A program made the translations under genes and the position numbers. From Candidatus Thorarchaeota archaeon (GTDB lineage Archaea; Asgardarchaeota; Thorarchaeia; Thorarchaeales; Thorarchaeaceae): a DNA stretch of 64,000 nt. The stretch's first letter is position 1; each line of letters begins with the position of its first letter. The stretch is from contig JAFGAR010000064.1 in NCBI GenBank assembly GCA_016933575.1, forward strand, positions 64,001 through 128,000, in the 5' to 3' direction. The notes under the pieces are model-generated. The model had not been told where the DNA came from, searched no databases, and saw only the letters and a program-made list of their open reading frames with translations. Of the stretch, positions 1 to 9,144 are shown in pieces.

Positions 1-1800
1 CCAGATGCTATCGTTCAACCAATGACCCCTGAAGAGATTCGTTCACTCTATAAATTCGCAAATGCGGAAAAAATCCCTCTGGTTCCTAGAGGCGCAGGCA
101 CTTCTGGCTATGGTGGTGCAATACCACGAAAAGGAGGCGTTGTTGTTGATATGCGCCGTATGGATAATATTGTAACAGTTGATGAGAAGAATCTGACCGT
201 TGTTGTAGAACCCGGTATCTGCTGGTCCAATCTTCAACTAGAACTCAATCGACTTGGTCTCGACCTACGCTGCTATCCCTCATCTGCCCTCTCCGCCACA
301 GTTGGAGGCTGGGTAGCCCAAGGAGGCGATGGGATAGGTAGTTTGAAGTATGGGACTATCAACAAGAACTGTGTTGAATTTGAAGTAGTTCTTCCAAATG
401 AGAAGATAATTCGTACAAGTGATACAGATCTCTTTTGCGATACAGAGGGTATCCTTGGTATACTGACAAAGGTAACCCTAAAGATTAAGCCCTTGACCAG
501 GATCAAAGCCTTTGTCTCTAGCTTTCCAGAGAATTACCTAATGAATCTCGCAATCGAGAAGATTCTAGAAGACGGTCCACTCCCTTTCACAATAAAATTT
601 GAAGAATCTAAATACACAGACTTGAAGAAGTCTGTCTGGGAGGAGGACTGGAAATTCCCGTATCCTGTTCATCACTGTACTATTATGGTCGTCTACGAAG
701 GTGATGAAGAAGAGATCGAGACCGGTGCTGAAGTGGTTCGCCAAGTCACAGAGGCTCACAAAGGAGTCCTATATGATGACCATGTAGGCGAGCACGAGTG
801 GCATGAGCGATTCTACCCAATGAGAATCAAGAAGGCCGGACCTACCCTTGTAGTTGGACAAGCATTTGCACCACTCGAAAACTTAGGTGCTATCTTTGAT
901 GACTTCCAGTTTGAACAGGCATCTGCGAAGGCAGGTATTGATGGTTATGTCAATTCTAAGAACGCAGTCACAATGATGGGATATTTTCTCGAAGATGAAC
1001 GTCGTTCTTTCTATATGCTATCATGGTCTCAGAGCTTTGTCATTTTCAAAATTGCGCAACGTCACGGTGGACATCCACATTCAACTGGTATATGGTTCGC
1101 TAATTATGCACATATTTACTTCGGCAAACAGAGATTAGCTCGAATCCGAGCAGCGAAGCTGAAGTGGGATCAAAAAGAGATTTCGAATCCTGGTAAAATC
1201 TTTGCATATTGGCTTCCCTTCATGTTACGTGTGGGCAAGTACTTCATGTGGATTGGTTTCGATTTGCTACGGAATGGTTTTGGCAGGATTGCACCAATTC
1301 TTCTGAAATGGCTTCAGAATGTACCACCACTGAAGTGGTTATTACGGTGGGGTCGCGCTCACAGTCCTTGGCCGATTCAATACGGACTCGGGTGTTGTAT
1401 GGCTGATGGCGCAGCCGCAGTAGCATCACGATGGGATATAGAGAGATTCGGGATGCTCCCTCTCTTTGGACCCCGGCAGACGGATGTCCTTTGGATCTCA
1501 GGATCCCTTACAAAGAAGATGGCACCACGACTTCGTCGAATCTATGAACAGATGCCAGAGCCAAAGTATGTCATATCCTATGGCCAATGTGCAGCATCTG
1601 GTGGAATGTTTTTCGATGGATATTCTTTAATCGCTCCTGCTGATACGGTCGTGCCAGTGGACGTCTATATCCCCGGCTGTCCTCCCAAACCTGCTGACTT
1701 TGTGAGAGCTCACTTGATTTTACAGAACAAGATACGCGCTGGGACTACACACTGGCAAAAACGGTACGAGAATCAGGATTCGATGGGGTTGATTCAATAA
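1..1800 (+). CDS. nuoB: Fusion protein: FAD-binding oxidoreductase (GlcD/D-lactate dehydrogenase, VAO/PCMH family) + C-terminal NuoB-like [4Fe-4S] subunit; 5'-truncated by window edge
   Basis: Frame is open from base 1 (PDAIVQPMTPEE, typical FAD_binding_4 start). FAD motifs PRGAGTSGYGG, VEPG, YPSS..ATVGG and EGILGILT; FAD-oxidase C-terminal motif KWDQKEISNPGK. Then NuoB motifs WGRAHSPWP, GLGCC, PRQTD, IYEQMPEPKYVISYGQCAASGG and VDVYIPGCPP. Confidence 0.9.
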   Translation, partial: PDAIVQPMTPEEIRSLYKFANAEKIPLVPRGAGTSGYGGAIPRKGGVVVDMRRMDNIVTVDEKNLTVVVEPGICWSNLQLELNRLGLDLRCYPSSALSATVGGWVAQGGDGIGSLKYGTINKNCVEFEVVLPNEKIIRTSDTDLFCDTEGILGILTKVTLKIKPLTRIKAFVSSFPENYLMNLAIEKILEDGPLPFTIKFEESKYTDLKKSVWEEDWKFPYPVHHCTIMVVYEGDEEEIETGAEVVRQVTEAHKGVLYDDHVGEHEWHERFYPMRIKKAGPTLVVGQAFAPLENLGAIFDDFQFEQASAKAGIDGYVNSKNAVTMMGYFLEDERRSFYMLSWSQSFVIFKIAQRHGGHPHSTGIWFANYAHIYFGKQRLARIRAAKLKWDQKEISNPGKIFAYWLPFMLRVGKYFMWIGFDLLRNGFGRIAPILLKWLQNVPPLKWLLRWGRAHSPWPIQYGLGCCMADGAAAVASRWDIERFGMLPLFGPRQTDVLWISGSLTKKMAPRLRRIYEQMPEPKYVISYGQCAASGGMFFDGYSLIAPADTVVPVDVYIPGCPPKPADFVRAHLILQNKIRAGTTHWQKRYENQDSMGLIQ

Positions 1801-2318
1801 TGGCACTACGCGAAGATAGCGAACCCTATTGCTTAGCTTGGGTTGGTTTCCTCTTGATGGGTGCATATTATGCCAATTTCGGATACCAACTATGGACCAA
1901 TCCTGTTGCAGTATCTGCTTTCATCAACAACTCTCCCTCAATGCTAATCCTCCTTGGATTGCCTCCACTAATGGTGTTCCTGTTTACAGGGTACTTGCGA
2001 CCTTCTCGTGGAAAAGCAAAGATGAGCATGCTAGGTCCCTCTGTCATTGCAGGATTGTTCTTCGTGATTATATCATATCAGGTTGGATCAACGACTACTA
2101 TCCTCGGAGATCTGATAGTGTTTTCAGCATGGGGTATTGGAAGTGCTTTGTTGACAGCTGGAGGATTTTCAATTATGGCTTCTTTGGAGAAGAACACATC
2201 TCCTGGAATTATGGATATTAGTTCACTTCATTATGGTCCTGTAAAAGAAACGCCTGCACCTACTGAGGAGTCAGTACCTCAAGGCTCCGATGTAAAGCCA
2301 GCGGAATCGGCACAATAA
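1800..2318 (+). CDS. Hypothetical membrane protein (~4 TM), translationally coupled to the FAD-NuoB fusion
   Basis: TAATG stop/start overlap at 1798-1802; four hydrophobic segments and a Pro/Glu-rich tail. Confidence 0.75.
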   Translation: MALREDSEPYCLAWVGFLLMGAYYANFGYQLWTNPVAVSAFINNSPSMLILLGLPPLMVFLFTGYLRPSRGKAKMSMLGPSVIAGLFFVIISYQVGSTTTILGDLIVFSAWGIGSALLTAGGFSIMASLEKNTSPGIMDISSLHYGPVKETPAPTEESVPQGSDVKPAESAQ

Positions 2319-2321
2319 TTC

Positions 2322-2696
2322 CTAGTCTGTTTCTGGAAGCCATGCGAGAGCCGCAAAGGCCAGCAATAATCCACAGGCCATCCAGAAAAAGAGTAGAGCT
2401 CCCATTAGACCTTCTGGAAAGAGCGTTATGATAAGGAATCCATGGACACCACCTATGATTCCTGACAAAGTTGTCAGACTGACACGACCCGGTCTCGATT
2501 TGGTCCTTGCAAGAGCAAAAGTTGAGCATACGGTTACTATGCCACTCAGGAACAGAACTAGTTTAATCGCTATGTCTGAGATAGTAGCTGTTAGAATTAT
2601 CCAGAAGTATACTCCAAGGAGTCCCATCCCAATAAGAAGGACCAAGTAATAGAAAAATGTGCCACGGATGAATGACAACCAATTCGACCTCTTCAT
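2322..2696 (-). CDS. Hypothetical membrane protein (4 TM)
   Basis: 124-aa ORF with four hydrophobic helices, convergent with the previous gene. Confidence 0.7.
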   Translation of the reverse strand: MKRSNWLSFIRGTFFYYLVLLIGMGLLGVYFWIILTATISDIAIKLVLFLSGIVTVCSTFALARTKSRPGRVSLTTLSGIIGGVHGFLIITLFPEGLMGALLFFWMACGLLLAFAALAWLPETD

Positions 2697-2979
2697 TTGT
2701 TACTACGAGAAAGTCGAAGTGTTGTGCTGTATATTTAACTCCTTTGAGTGATGTTTGTTTGGGCGAATGGTTTTTAACATGCATTCAGAATGCGCCTGCT
2801 TAAGTTCGAAAGTACGGAACGTGACCATAAATGGTGATGTGCTGTGCAAGCCAGGATCAAAGATGCGGAGCTTAGAGAATGAAACATTTGTGCACTGAAA
2901 CCGCAAGAGATAGATATTGCAGACAAGAAGTCATTTTCCACAACTCACCTGGCGCTGAGTTTTCACTCTAGGAGGTCTA

Positions 2980-3432
2980 TTGATTACGATGAGGCTTTTC
3001 ATCGATTTCTTCCCGGTGCTTGTCTGGGCAGTATTAGTTATTGTCCTGATTCTCGGAATGTTAGTTGGATCTTGGGTATTGAGGCCTCATGTTCTCCAGA
3101 ATAGTGAAAAGACATCGAGCTACGAATGCGGTGAAGAACCAATAGGCCCCGCAAGAATTGCCTATCCCTACAACTATCTTGTCTATACTATCCTGTTTGT
3201 TGTTGTTGATGTGCTTGGCGCATTTCTGTGGTTACTTGCTGCATCCTCTTTTCGATTGAGCCCGACAATCGTTTGGCAAGTCCTTGTATTTGTGCTGATT
3301 CTTATGGGTGGTCTCGGCTTTGCCATGAAGATGCTTCCCCAGACTTTCCTCAGTGGAAAAGAAACTCTAGCACTATATCGCGAAGCTAAGGCTGCAAAGG
3401 AAAAACAAGAGCTTGAAGCAGGAGGTCACTGA
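2980..3432 (+). CDS. nuoA: Complex I-like subunit A (NuoA)
   Basis: KTSSYECGEEP loop, ILFVVVDV, 3 TM; GGAGG SD at 2971. Confidence 0.93.
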   Translation: MITMRLFIDFFPVLVWAVLVIVLILGMLVGSWVLRPHVLQNSEKTSSYECGEEPIGPARIAYPYNYLVYTILFVVVDVLGAFLWLLAASSFRLSPTIVWQVLVFVLILMGGLGFAMKMLPQTFLSGKETLALYREAKAAKEKQELEAGGH

Positions 3433-3436
3433 AGAG

Positions 3437-4081
3437 ATGCAACTCGATATATGGTTTGAAGAGGCTGAGTTCATTGTAATTGCTGCCATTGTCATTTTTC
3501 TTGCATACCTTGCACTGGAACATCGTGACATTGTCTACGCGGCATTCTTTTTTGGCTTCATGGCCTCTTTTGTTGCTGGTTTCTTTCTATTGCTTGAAGC
3601 ACCTTTCATTGCAGGTATGCAGATCGCTGTATACACTGGAGGGATTAGTGCATTGATAATCTTCGCAGTGCTTCTTCTACCCCGAGCCCAAGACTCTTCC
3701 TTGGAGGTCTTCGCTTCGCCTAGAAGAAGGAATGCTGGATTGGTACTATCAGCGATGGTTGGCTCATTGTCAGCAGCCCTAGCCCTCGTTTTTCCATGGT
3801 ACGAAACTTTCTCATCAGTGACTCCGCCACTTGAGAACAATCTTGAACTTCTCTCAAAATGGCTCTGGTCTGATCATGGTATCTATGTTCAGATGATTGC
3901 TCTCATCCTTCTCACAGCAATTGTTGGATCTATTGCTATTTTGAAGATGGAGAAAGCAGAACGTCTCACACCTATAGTAAGTGATTTTGGTGTTGAGTCA
4001 GTTCCTGAACCAATTGATGACGAAGCATCTGATATTGAAGATGAATCCCCGCAGAATGGGACTGAGGAGGTTGATACATAA
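3437..4081 (+). CDS. nuoJ: Complex I-like subunit J (NuoJ)
   Basis: LLEAPFIAGMQIAVYTGGISALIIFA motif; start moved to ATG 3437. Confidence 0.92.
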   Translation: MQLDIWFEEAEFIVIAAIVIFLAYLALEHRDIVYAAFFFGFMASFVAGFFLLLEAPFIAGMQIAVYTGGISALIIFAVLLLPRAQDSSLEVFASPRRRNAGLVLSAMVGSLSAALALVFPWYETFSSVTPPLENNLELLSKWLWSDHGIYVQMIALILLTAIVGSIAILKMEKAERLTPIVSDFGVESVPEPIDDEASDIEDESPQNGTEEVDT

Positions 4082-4401
4082 TGGTCCCCCTCTCCTGGTA
4101 TCTGGTGGTGGCGTTCATTCTCATAGGTCTCGGAATCTATGGAATGATGGTCAAGCGAAATCTCATACGTATTCTAATTGGAGCTGAAATCCTTGGTAAT
4201 GGAGTCAACATTGCCCTAGTTGCTGTTTCAATCTACAGCCCTGTCTTCACATTTACGGGACAGGGTTTACTCATGCTGGTGATCTCTGTGGCAGCAGCTC
4301 ACACAGCTCTTGCGATGGTTCTGATGCTTATTTACAATCAACGATACAAATCAGTTGACCTTGGTAGACCATTCAAACTGGAGGATGATAGCAATGCCTG
4401 A
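4081..4401 (+). CDS. nuoK: Complex I-like subunit K (NuoK)
   Basis: GIYGMMVKRNLIRILIGAEILGNG, GQG, 3 TM; the second conserved Glu (AAAE) is His here (AAAH). Confidence 0.93.
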   Translation: MVPLSWYLVVAFILIGLGIYGMMVKRNLIRILIGAEILGNGVNIALVAVSIYSPVFTFTGQGLLMLVISVAAAHTALAMVLMLIYNQRYKSVDLGRPFKLEDDSNA

Positions 4402-4903
4402 TGCATCGTCACTGGGTCGTGCAATCATCAATAAGCTGCCTGAGGTCGAGTCTAAACCACTTCAGGGAAATAAGATCGAGCTCCTGGTCCCTCATGAGAA
4501 AATTCGAGATGTGGTATCACTTATTGACGAATTGGTTCCCGATGCCTTACCCGAATCTGCATTTGGCATTGATCTTGAGGATGACAAATACGAAGTAGTC
4601 TACATATTTTGGTCTCATGAATCAACGATGCTCTGTCAGTTACGAGTTTCACTTGTAGGGGAGAAACCATCAATTCAGACTGTTAGCGACATATTTCCTG
4701 GGTTGGAATGGCATGAGCGTGAAACTAGTGAGATGTTCGGTATCACCTTTGAGAACCATCCTGACATGAGACCTCTCCTGCTGCCTGATGATTTGGTTGG
4801 AAAATATCCCATGAGAAAACGATTCAAGACCGATCGAAGTCGCCTTGAAGAAACTGGCCTTTCAACCCCTAGTCCTAGACCTGAACGTGGAGGTGGCGAA
4901 TGA
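4394..4903 (+). CDS. nuoC: Complex I-like subunit C (NuoC)
   Basis: WHERETSEMFGITFENHPDMRPLLLP...YPMRK signature. Confidence 0.93.
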   Translation: MPDASSLGRAIINKLPEVESKPLQGNKIELLVPHEKIRDVVSLIDELVPDALPESAFGIDLEDDKYEVVYIFWSHESTMLCQLRVSLVGEKPSIQTVSDIFPGLEWHERETSEMFGITFENHPDMRPLLLPDDLVGKYPMRKRFKTDRSRLEETGLSTPSPRPERGGGE

Positions 4904-6040
4904 ATGTGTCCAGATATCCTTGATGAAACCAGTGAGATCTGGTTTGGTCCTCAACATGTCAGTGCTCATGGGTGGGCTACAAAACTGAAACTTGTTGGAG
5001 ACTACATTGTCGAGTGTGACCCGAATGCTGGATATTTCCATCGTTCGGCTGAAAAATGTCTAGAGTTCCGTAATTTCAGGCAAGGTTCAATGGTATGTGA
5101 ACGTATCTGCATGATGGAAGCATTCGTTGCAGAATATCCCTATGTGGCTGCAGTCGAGAAGATTGTTGATCTTGAGGTCCCAGAACGCGCGAAAATCATG
5201 CGTACTATCATGATTGAGATGAATCGGATTCATTCTCTTCAGTTTTGGTGGGGTCAATTTGCAGGGGAGTTAGGTCTCTTTGCGATGCTGCTTTGGCCCT
5301 GGGTTGATAGAGAATATACACTTGATGCTTTTGAGGAACTGACTGGGTCTCGTCATACTGTATCCTATGTCACACCTGGCGGGGTTAAGTATGATTTCAC
5401 TCCCAAGTTCTTGGAAAAATTTGAAATTGCACTCTCTAGAGTGGAAGAACGAATCCCGATCTTCAAGGACATGTTTCTTGGTAGCCCTACGTTCAGGTTA
5501 CGTACCGAGGGAGTAGGTCAGTACACTGCAAAACAAGGTCTCAAGTGGGGCTTGAGTGGTCCTAATATCAAAGCTTGTGGTATTCCAATGGACCTCCGTA
5601 AGGATGACCCTGACTCGAATCTTGCATATGATATGATTGATTGGGAAGTACCCATTACAATAAACGAGAATCATCCTGGTGAATGCGATGCATTTGACAG
5701 ACTAGTTCAGCGATTCAAAGAAATTGAGACTTCAGTTGGTATTATCAGAAAGCTCTTACCTCTTGTCCCTGAAGGTCCAATCATTGACCCCAAGGCTCGA
5801 GCCAAAGTCAATCGTCTACCTGAAGGAGAGGGTTATGGTAGGATTGAGGGTACTCGTGGAATCACAACCGTTTGGTTGAAGACATTCGATAAGGCTCAGA
5901 CTCCATATAGAGCCAAAATACGTGGTCCTTGCTTCGCATCATATTATGCATTGAAGCATATTGTGCCAGGTGCTCGTTTTGCGGACTTTCCAGCGATATT
6001 TGGAAGCTTGGATCCTTATCCCGGGTGGTGGGACAGATAG
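4904..6040 (+). CDS. nuoD: Complex I-like subunit D (NuoD), without NiFe ligands
   Basis: FGPQHVSAHG, GYFHRSAEK, EMNRIHS, PGGV, PYRAKIRGP, C-terminal GSLDPYPGWWDR; no CxxC pairs. Confidence 0.93.
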   Translation: MCPDILDETSEIWFGPQHVSAHGWATKLKLVGDYIVECDPNAGYFHRSAEKCLEFRNFRQGSMVCERICMMEAFVAEYPYVAAVEKIVDLEVPERAKIMRTIMIEMNRIHSLQFWWGQFAGELGLFAMLLWPWVDREYTLDAFEELTGSRHTVSYVTPGGVKYDFTPKFLEKFEIALSRVEERIPIFKDMFLGSPTFRLRTEGVGQYTAKQGLKWGLSGPNIKACGIPMDLRKDDPDSNLAYDMIDWEVPITINENHPGECDAFDRLVQRFKEIETSVGIIRKLLPLVPEGPIIDPKARAKVNRLPEGEGYGRIEGTRGITTVWLKTFDKAQTPYRAKIRGPCFASYYALKHIVPGARFADFPAIFGSLDPYPGWWDR

Positions 6041-6053
6041 GAGGTGCGATGAG

Positions 6054-7199
6054 ATGCAGTTCGATTTCATAACTTGGCTTGACGGGCTTTATAATTGGTT
6101 CATCGGTCTCTTGATCTGGTTTTGGAATGTCATTGAATGGTTCTTCTTTTGGATCATTGATCTTATCAATGGAGTATGGGCCATAGTAATAATCCCTGAG
6201 AATTTCATGTTTCTATTCCGTTCTATTATATTCCCTGGACTCATCTTCATCGTGCTTGCACTCATTTTCAGTATCTGGTTCATCCGGAAGACATGGGCAC
6301 GAATTCAGGATAGACGTGGACCGACACATATGGGCAAGTATGGTGGTCTACAATTGTTTGCGGATGCAATCAAACTCATGGCTAAGGAAACAATAATTCC
6401 CGACAAGGCAAGACGTTGGGCTTATAGGATTCTACCTTCGTTACTCCTCTTAATTGTACTACTTCCCTTCGCATTCATACCCTGGGATCCAATATGGAAT
6501 ATTCTTGGAAATCCTGCCTTTCCCGACCTTTCTGTGAGCCTAGTGCTAGTCTTTGCATTTCTCACTGCAGTGCCTGTACTCTCACTACTAATCGGTTGGG
6601 TCTCAGGTTCCAAGTATTCTCTGATTGGAGGATTTCGAGCTGCAAATAACCAATTTGCCTCCGAGATACCCATGGTCATTTCTTCTATTGGTCCTGCAAT
6701 GCTTGCTGGTTCTCTGAGTCTCTTCGGAATTGTTCAAGCGCAGACCAGCATCTGGTACATTGTTCTTCTCCCAATCAACTTTACCACCTTCATGGTTGCT
6801 GCAATTGCCTCTGTAGGAACGTTTCCCTTTGATGCTCCCGTTGCAGACTCCGAGATTATCTTCGGGTGGCGAACAGAGCTATCGGGCATCTACTTCACGT
6901 TGGTCTATTTTGCTGAGTTTGCCGAACAAATGCTTTACTCAGCCTTAATGGTTGTACTCTTCTTTGGTGGTTTTAATGGACTTCCATTCTTACCAGGAAT
7001 TGTCAATTTCCTAATCAAGTGGCTTGTCGTATTATTCATCTTTGTAGTTGTGACATCTTCCTTCTATAGAATCAGACAGGACCAGATAGTGCACCTTTGT
7101 TGGAAATACTTACTGCCACTTTCAATACTTAATGTAGTTCTTGTCATGTTTGCAGTTGTCTACATACCAGGACTACTTCCGCTTGTGATAGGAGGATAA
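6054..7199 (+). CDS. nuoH: Complex I-like subunit H (NuoH) with Trp-rich N-terminal extension
   Basis: RKTWARIQDRRGP, GLQLFADAIKLMAKE, SKYSLIGGFRA, PFDAPVADSEI; GAGGTG SD before ATG 6054. Confidence 0.94.
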   Translation: MQFDFITWLDGLYNWFIGLLIWFWNVIEWFFFWIIDLINGVWAIVIIPENFMFLFRSIIFPGLIFIVLALIFSIWFIRKTWARIQDRRGPTHMGKYGGLQLFADAIKLMAKETIIPDKARRWAYRILPSLLLLIVLLPFAFIPWDPIWNILGNPAFPDLSVSLVLVFAFLTAVPVLSLLIGWVSGSKYSLIGGFRAANNQFASEIPMVISSIGPAMLAGSLSLFGIVQAQTSIWYIVLLPINFTTFMVAAIASVGTFPFDAPVADSEIIFGWRTELSGIYFTLVYFAEFAEQMLYSALMVVLFFGGFNGLPFLPGIVNFLIKWLVVLFIFVVVTSSFYRIRQDQIVHLCWKYLLPLSILNVVLVMFAVVYIPGLLPLVIGG

Positions 7200-7203
7200 T
7201 GCG

Positions 7204-7635
7204 ATGGGTTTCCTAAGTAATCTTGGTGAAATATTTCAAATCCTGAAACACGTCTTTCGTCAAACATTCAAAAGACCATTCACTTACTTCTATCCATTTG
7301 AAGACAGACCTTATCCTGAGAGAACCCGTGGCAGACACATCCACATTCGTGAGAACTGTACTGCATGTGCTCAGTGTGTGAGAGCATGTCCTGTTGCAGC
7401 AATTCGTATTGACAAGGAAGATAGAAAGTTCGAGAAGGATGCAGCTCTCTATTTTGATTATACGCGTTGCATTTTCTGCGGAGATTGCGTCAGTGCCTGT
7501 CGATTCGATGCACTTTTCCATACGAAAATCGTGGACCTCTCGGAGGGTGACCGTGATGACCTTATCTATGGCCCTGATAAGATAACAAAACTCGATAGAG
7601 ACCCTCTTGAGTGGCGTGGAAGGAGGTTCAGGTAG
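7204..7635 (+). CDS. nuoI: Complex I-like subunit I (NuoI), 2x[4Fe-4S]
   Basis: TYFYPFE..PERTRGRH; CTACAQCVRACP and RCIFCGDCVSAC. Confidence 0.94.
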   Translation: MGFLSNLGEIFQILKHVFRQTFKRPFTYFYPFEDRPYPERTRGRHIHIRENCTACAQCVRACPVAAIRIDKEDRKFEKDAALYFDYTRCIFCGDCVSACRFDALFHTKIVDLSEGDRDDLIYGPDKITKLDRDPLEWRGRRFR

Positions 7636-9134
7636 TGTTGTTTGGAATTCCCTTCATGGCACTATCACTCGCCGTGATGTTCATCGGAGGTCTCTTCATC
7701 TACCTGTTCAAGGCTAGCATTGGCGATGCAGCTGGTAGAATTGCAGTTGCTGTGTCTCTTGTAGGAACCATCCTGATGATTCCTCCATTCTACGAGCTCA
7801 TGATGTTTGGCTCATCCGTTGAAACAGCAGTATGGTCAAATCTACTTGAGCCATTTGGGCTGTACTTGGATCCAATTGCATTTCCAATCACTTTTGCTGT
7901 AGTAGTTCTTGGATTTCTATCAGTTGTCTATGCGGTGGGTTATACCAAACATACTGAGAACAAACCTACTTTTTTCGCAAATCAATTGTTCTTCATAATG
8001 GGAATGACATGGGTAACTCTTGCGACTAATATGATCGAGTTCTTTATAGCTTGGGAGCTTATGTTGGTGCCAAGCTACTTCCTGATTCTGTTCTGGGGTT
8101 TCCCTGAAACCAGAAAACGTACTGCTCTGAAATTCTGGTTGTACACACAATCTGGAGCTGTCTGTATCCTGATAGGCTTTGGACTTCTCTATGCTCAGGG
8201 TGGTTCATTTGTTCTGGCAAATATTGTTGCTAATGGTGACCTCATCTTCAAGGTCATTTTCATACTTCTAGCTGCTGGATTCCTTGTGAAAATGGCAGTT
8301 TTCCCAATCCACTGGTGGTTACCACCAGTTCATGCTGAGGCTCCAACTCCAATCTCAGTCCTATTGTCTGGTGCTATGATTGAAACCGGCGCCTATGCTC
8401 TGGTACGATTCGGTACCCTGACCCTTTACGATGCAGCGATATCGCTCTCAATCTGGGTAGCTGCACTCGGTGTTATCACGATGTTCTATGGCGGTTTCAT
8501 GGCACTAGCTCAGGTGGACATCAAGAGACTCCTTGCTTACTCCTCCGTTTCACAGATGGGGTACGTACTATTTGCTCTCGGTTCTGTTACAATCATAGGT
8601 GTTTCAGGTGGAATGTTCCATCTCATCAATCATGCTTTCTCAAAGGGTCTGCTGTTTATGACCGCTGGAGCTGTTATTCATCAGACCGGACTTCGTGATA
8701 TTAAGAAGATGGGAGGTCTCTCAAATAAGATGCCTATCACCGCCTTCGCAGCTGCCATCGGAATGATGAGCATTGCCGGTAGTCCTCCGCTCTCCGGATT
8801 CGCTTCGGAGTGGATGATGTTCCTCGGGGGATTTAATCGTGCTATAATTACCGATCCATTTACCCATATTGTCCTAGGAACTAACTTACCATTTCTGATT
8901 TTAGCAATTTTAGCTGTTTCCAGCTCTATCCTCAGCGCAGCATACATGCTTCGTTTCTTCTGGCGAGTCTTCCTTGGGCCTCATCCCGAAGAGCTCGAAG
9001 ATGTTAAGGAAAGTCCAAGATCCATGACCATTCCGATGATCATCCTTGGTGTCCTCATTGTAATCTTTGGAATATTCCCGAGCTTGGCACTAGATGTCAT
9101 TGTCCCGGCGTTTTCGAGTGCACTTGGTCCGTGA
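7635..9134 (+). CDS. nuoM: Additional NuoM-like antiporter subunit (second M-type / MrpD-related proton-translocating subunit)
   Basis: FFIAWELM, VKMAVFPIHWWLP..HAEAPTP, DIKRLLAYSSVSQMGY, NHAFSKGLLF, GFASE (NuoM-type TM12 Glu); GTG start at 7635 overlaps the nuoI stop. Confidence 0.85.
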   Translation: MLFGIPFMALSLAVMFIGGLFIYLFKASIGDAAGRIAVAVSLVGTILMIPPFYELMMFGSSVETAVWSNLLEPFGLYLDPIAFPITFAVVVLGFLSVVYAVGYTKHTENKPTFFANQLFFIMGMTWVTLATNMIEFFIAWELMLVPSYFLILFWGFPETRKRTALKFWLYTQSGAVCILIGFGLLYAQGGSFVLANIVANGDLIFKVIFILLAAGFLVKMAVFPIHWWLPPVHAEAPTPISVLLSGAMIETGAYALVRFGTLTLYDAAISLSIWVAALGVITMFYGGFMALAQVDIKRLLAYSSVSQMGYVLFALGSVTIIGVSGGMFHLINHAFSKGLLFMTAGAVIHQTGLRDIKKMGGLSNKMPITAFAAAIGMMSIAGSPPLSGFASEWMMFLGGFNRAIITDPFTHIVLGTNLPFLILAILAVSSSILSAAYMLRFFWRVFLGPHPEELEDVKESPRSMTIPMIILGVLIVIFGIFPSLALDVIVPAFSSALGP

Positions 9135-9144
9135 GGTGAATCAA

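Noticed and set aside
22-1800. ATG at 22 as the true start
   Set aside because: The frame is open to base 1 with a conserved PDAIVQP motif, so the gene begins upstream of the window
2703-2979. Short ORFs between the membrane gene and nuoA
   Set aside because: No recognisable features; probably a divergent promoter region
4904-6040. Group 4 [NiFe]-hydrogenase large subunit
   Set aside because: Both CxxC nickel-binding motifs are missing, NuoB has tandem CC, and there are no maturation genes in the window
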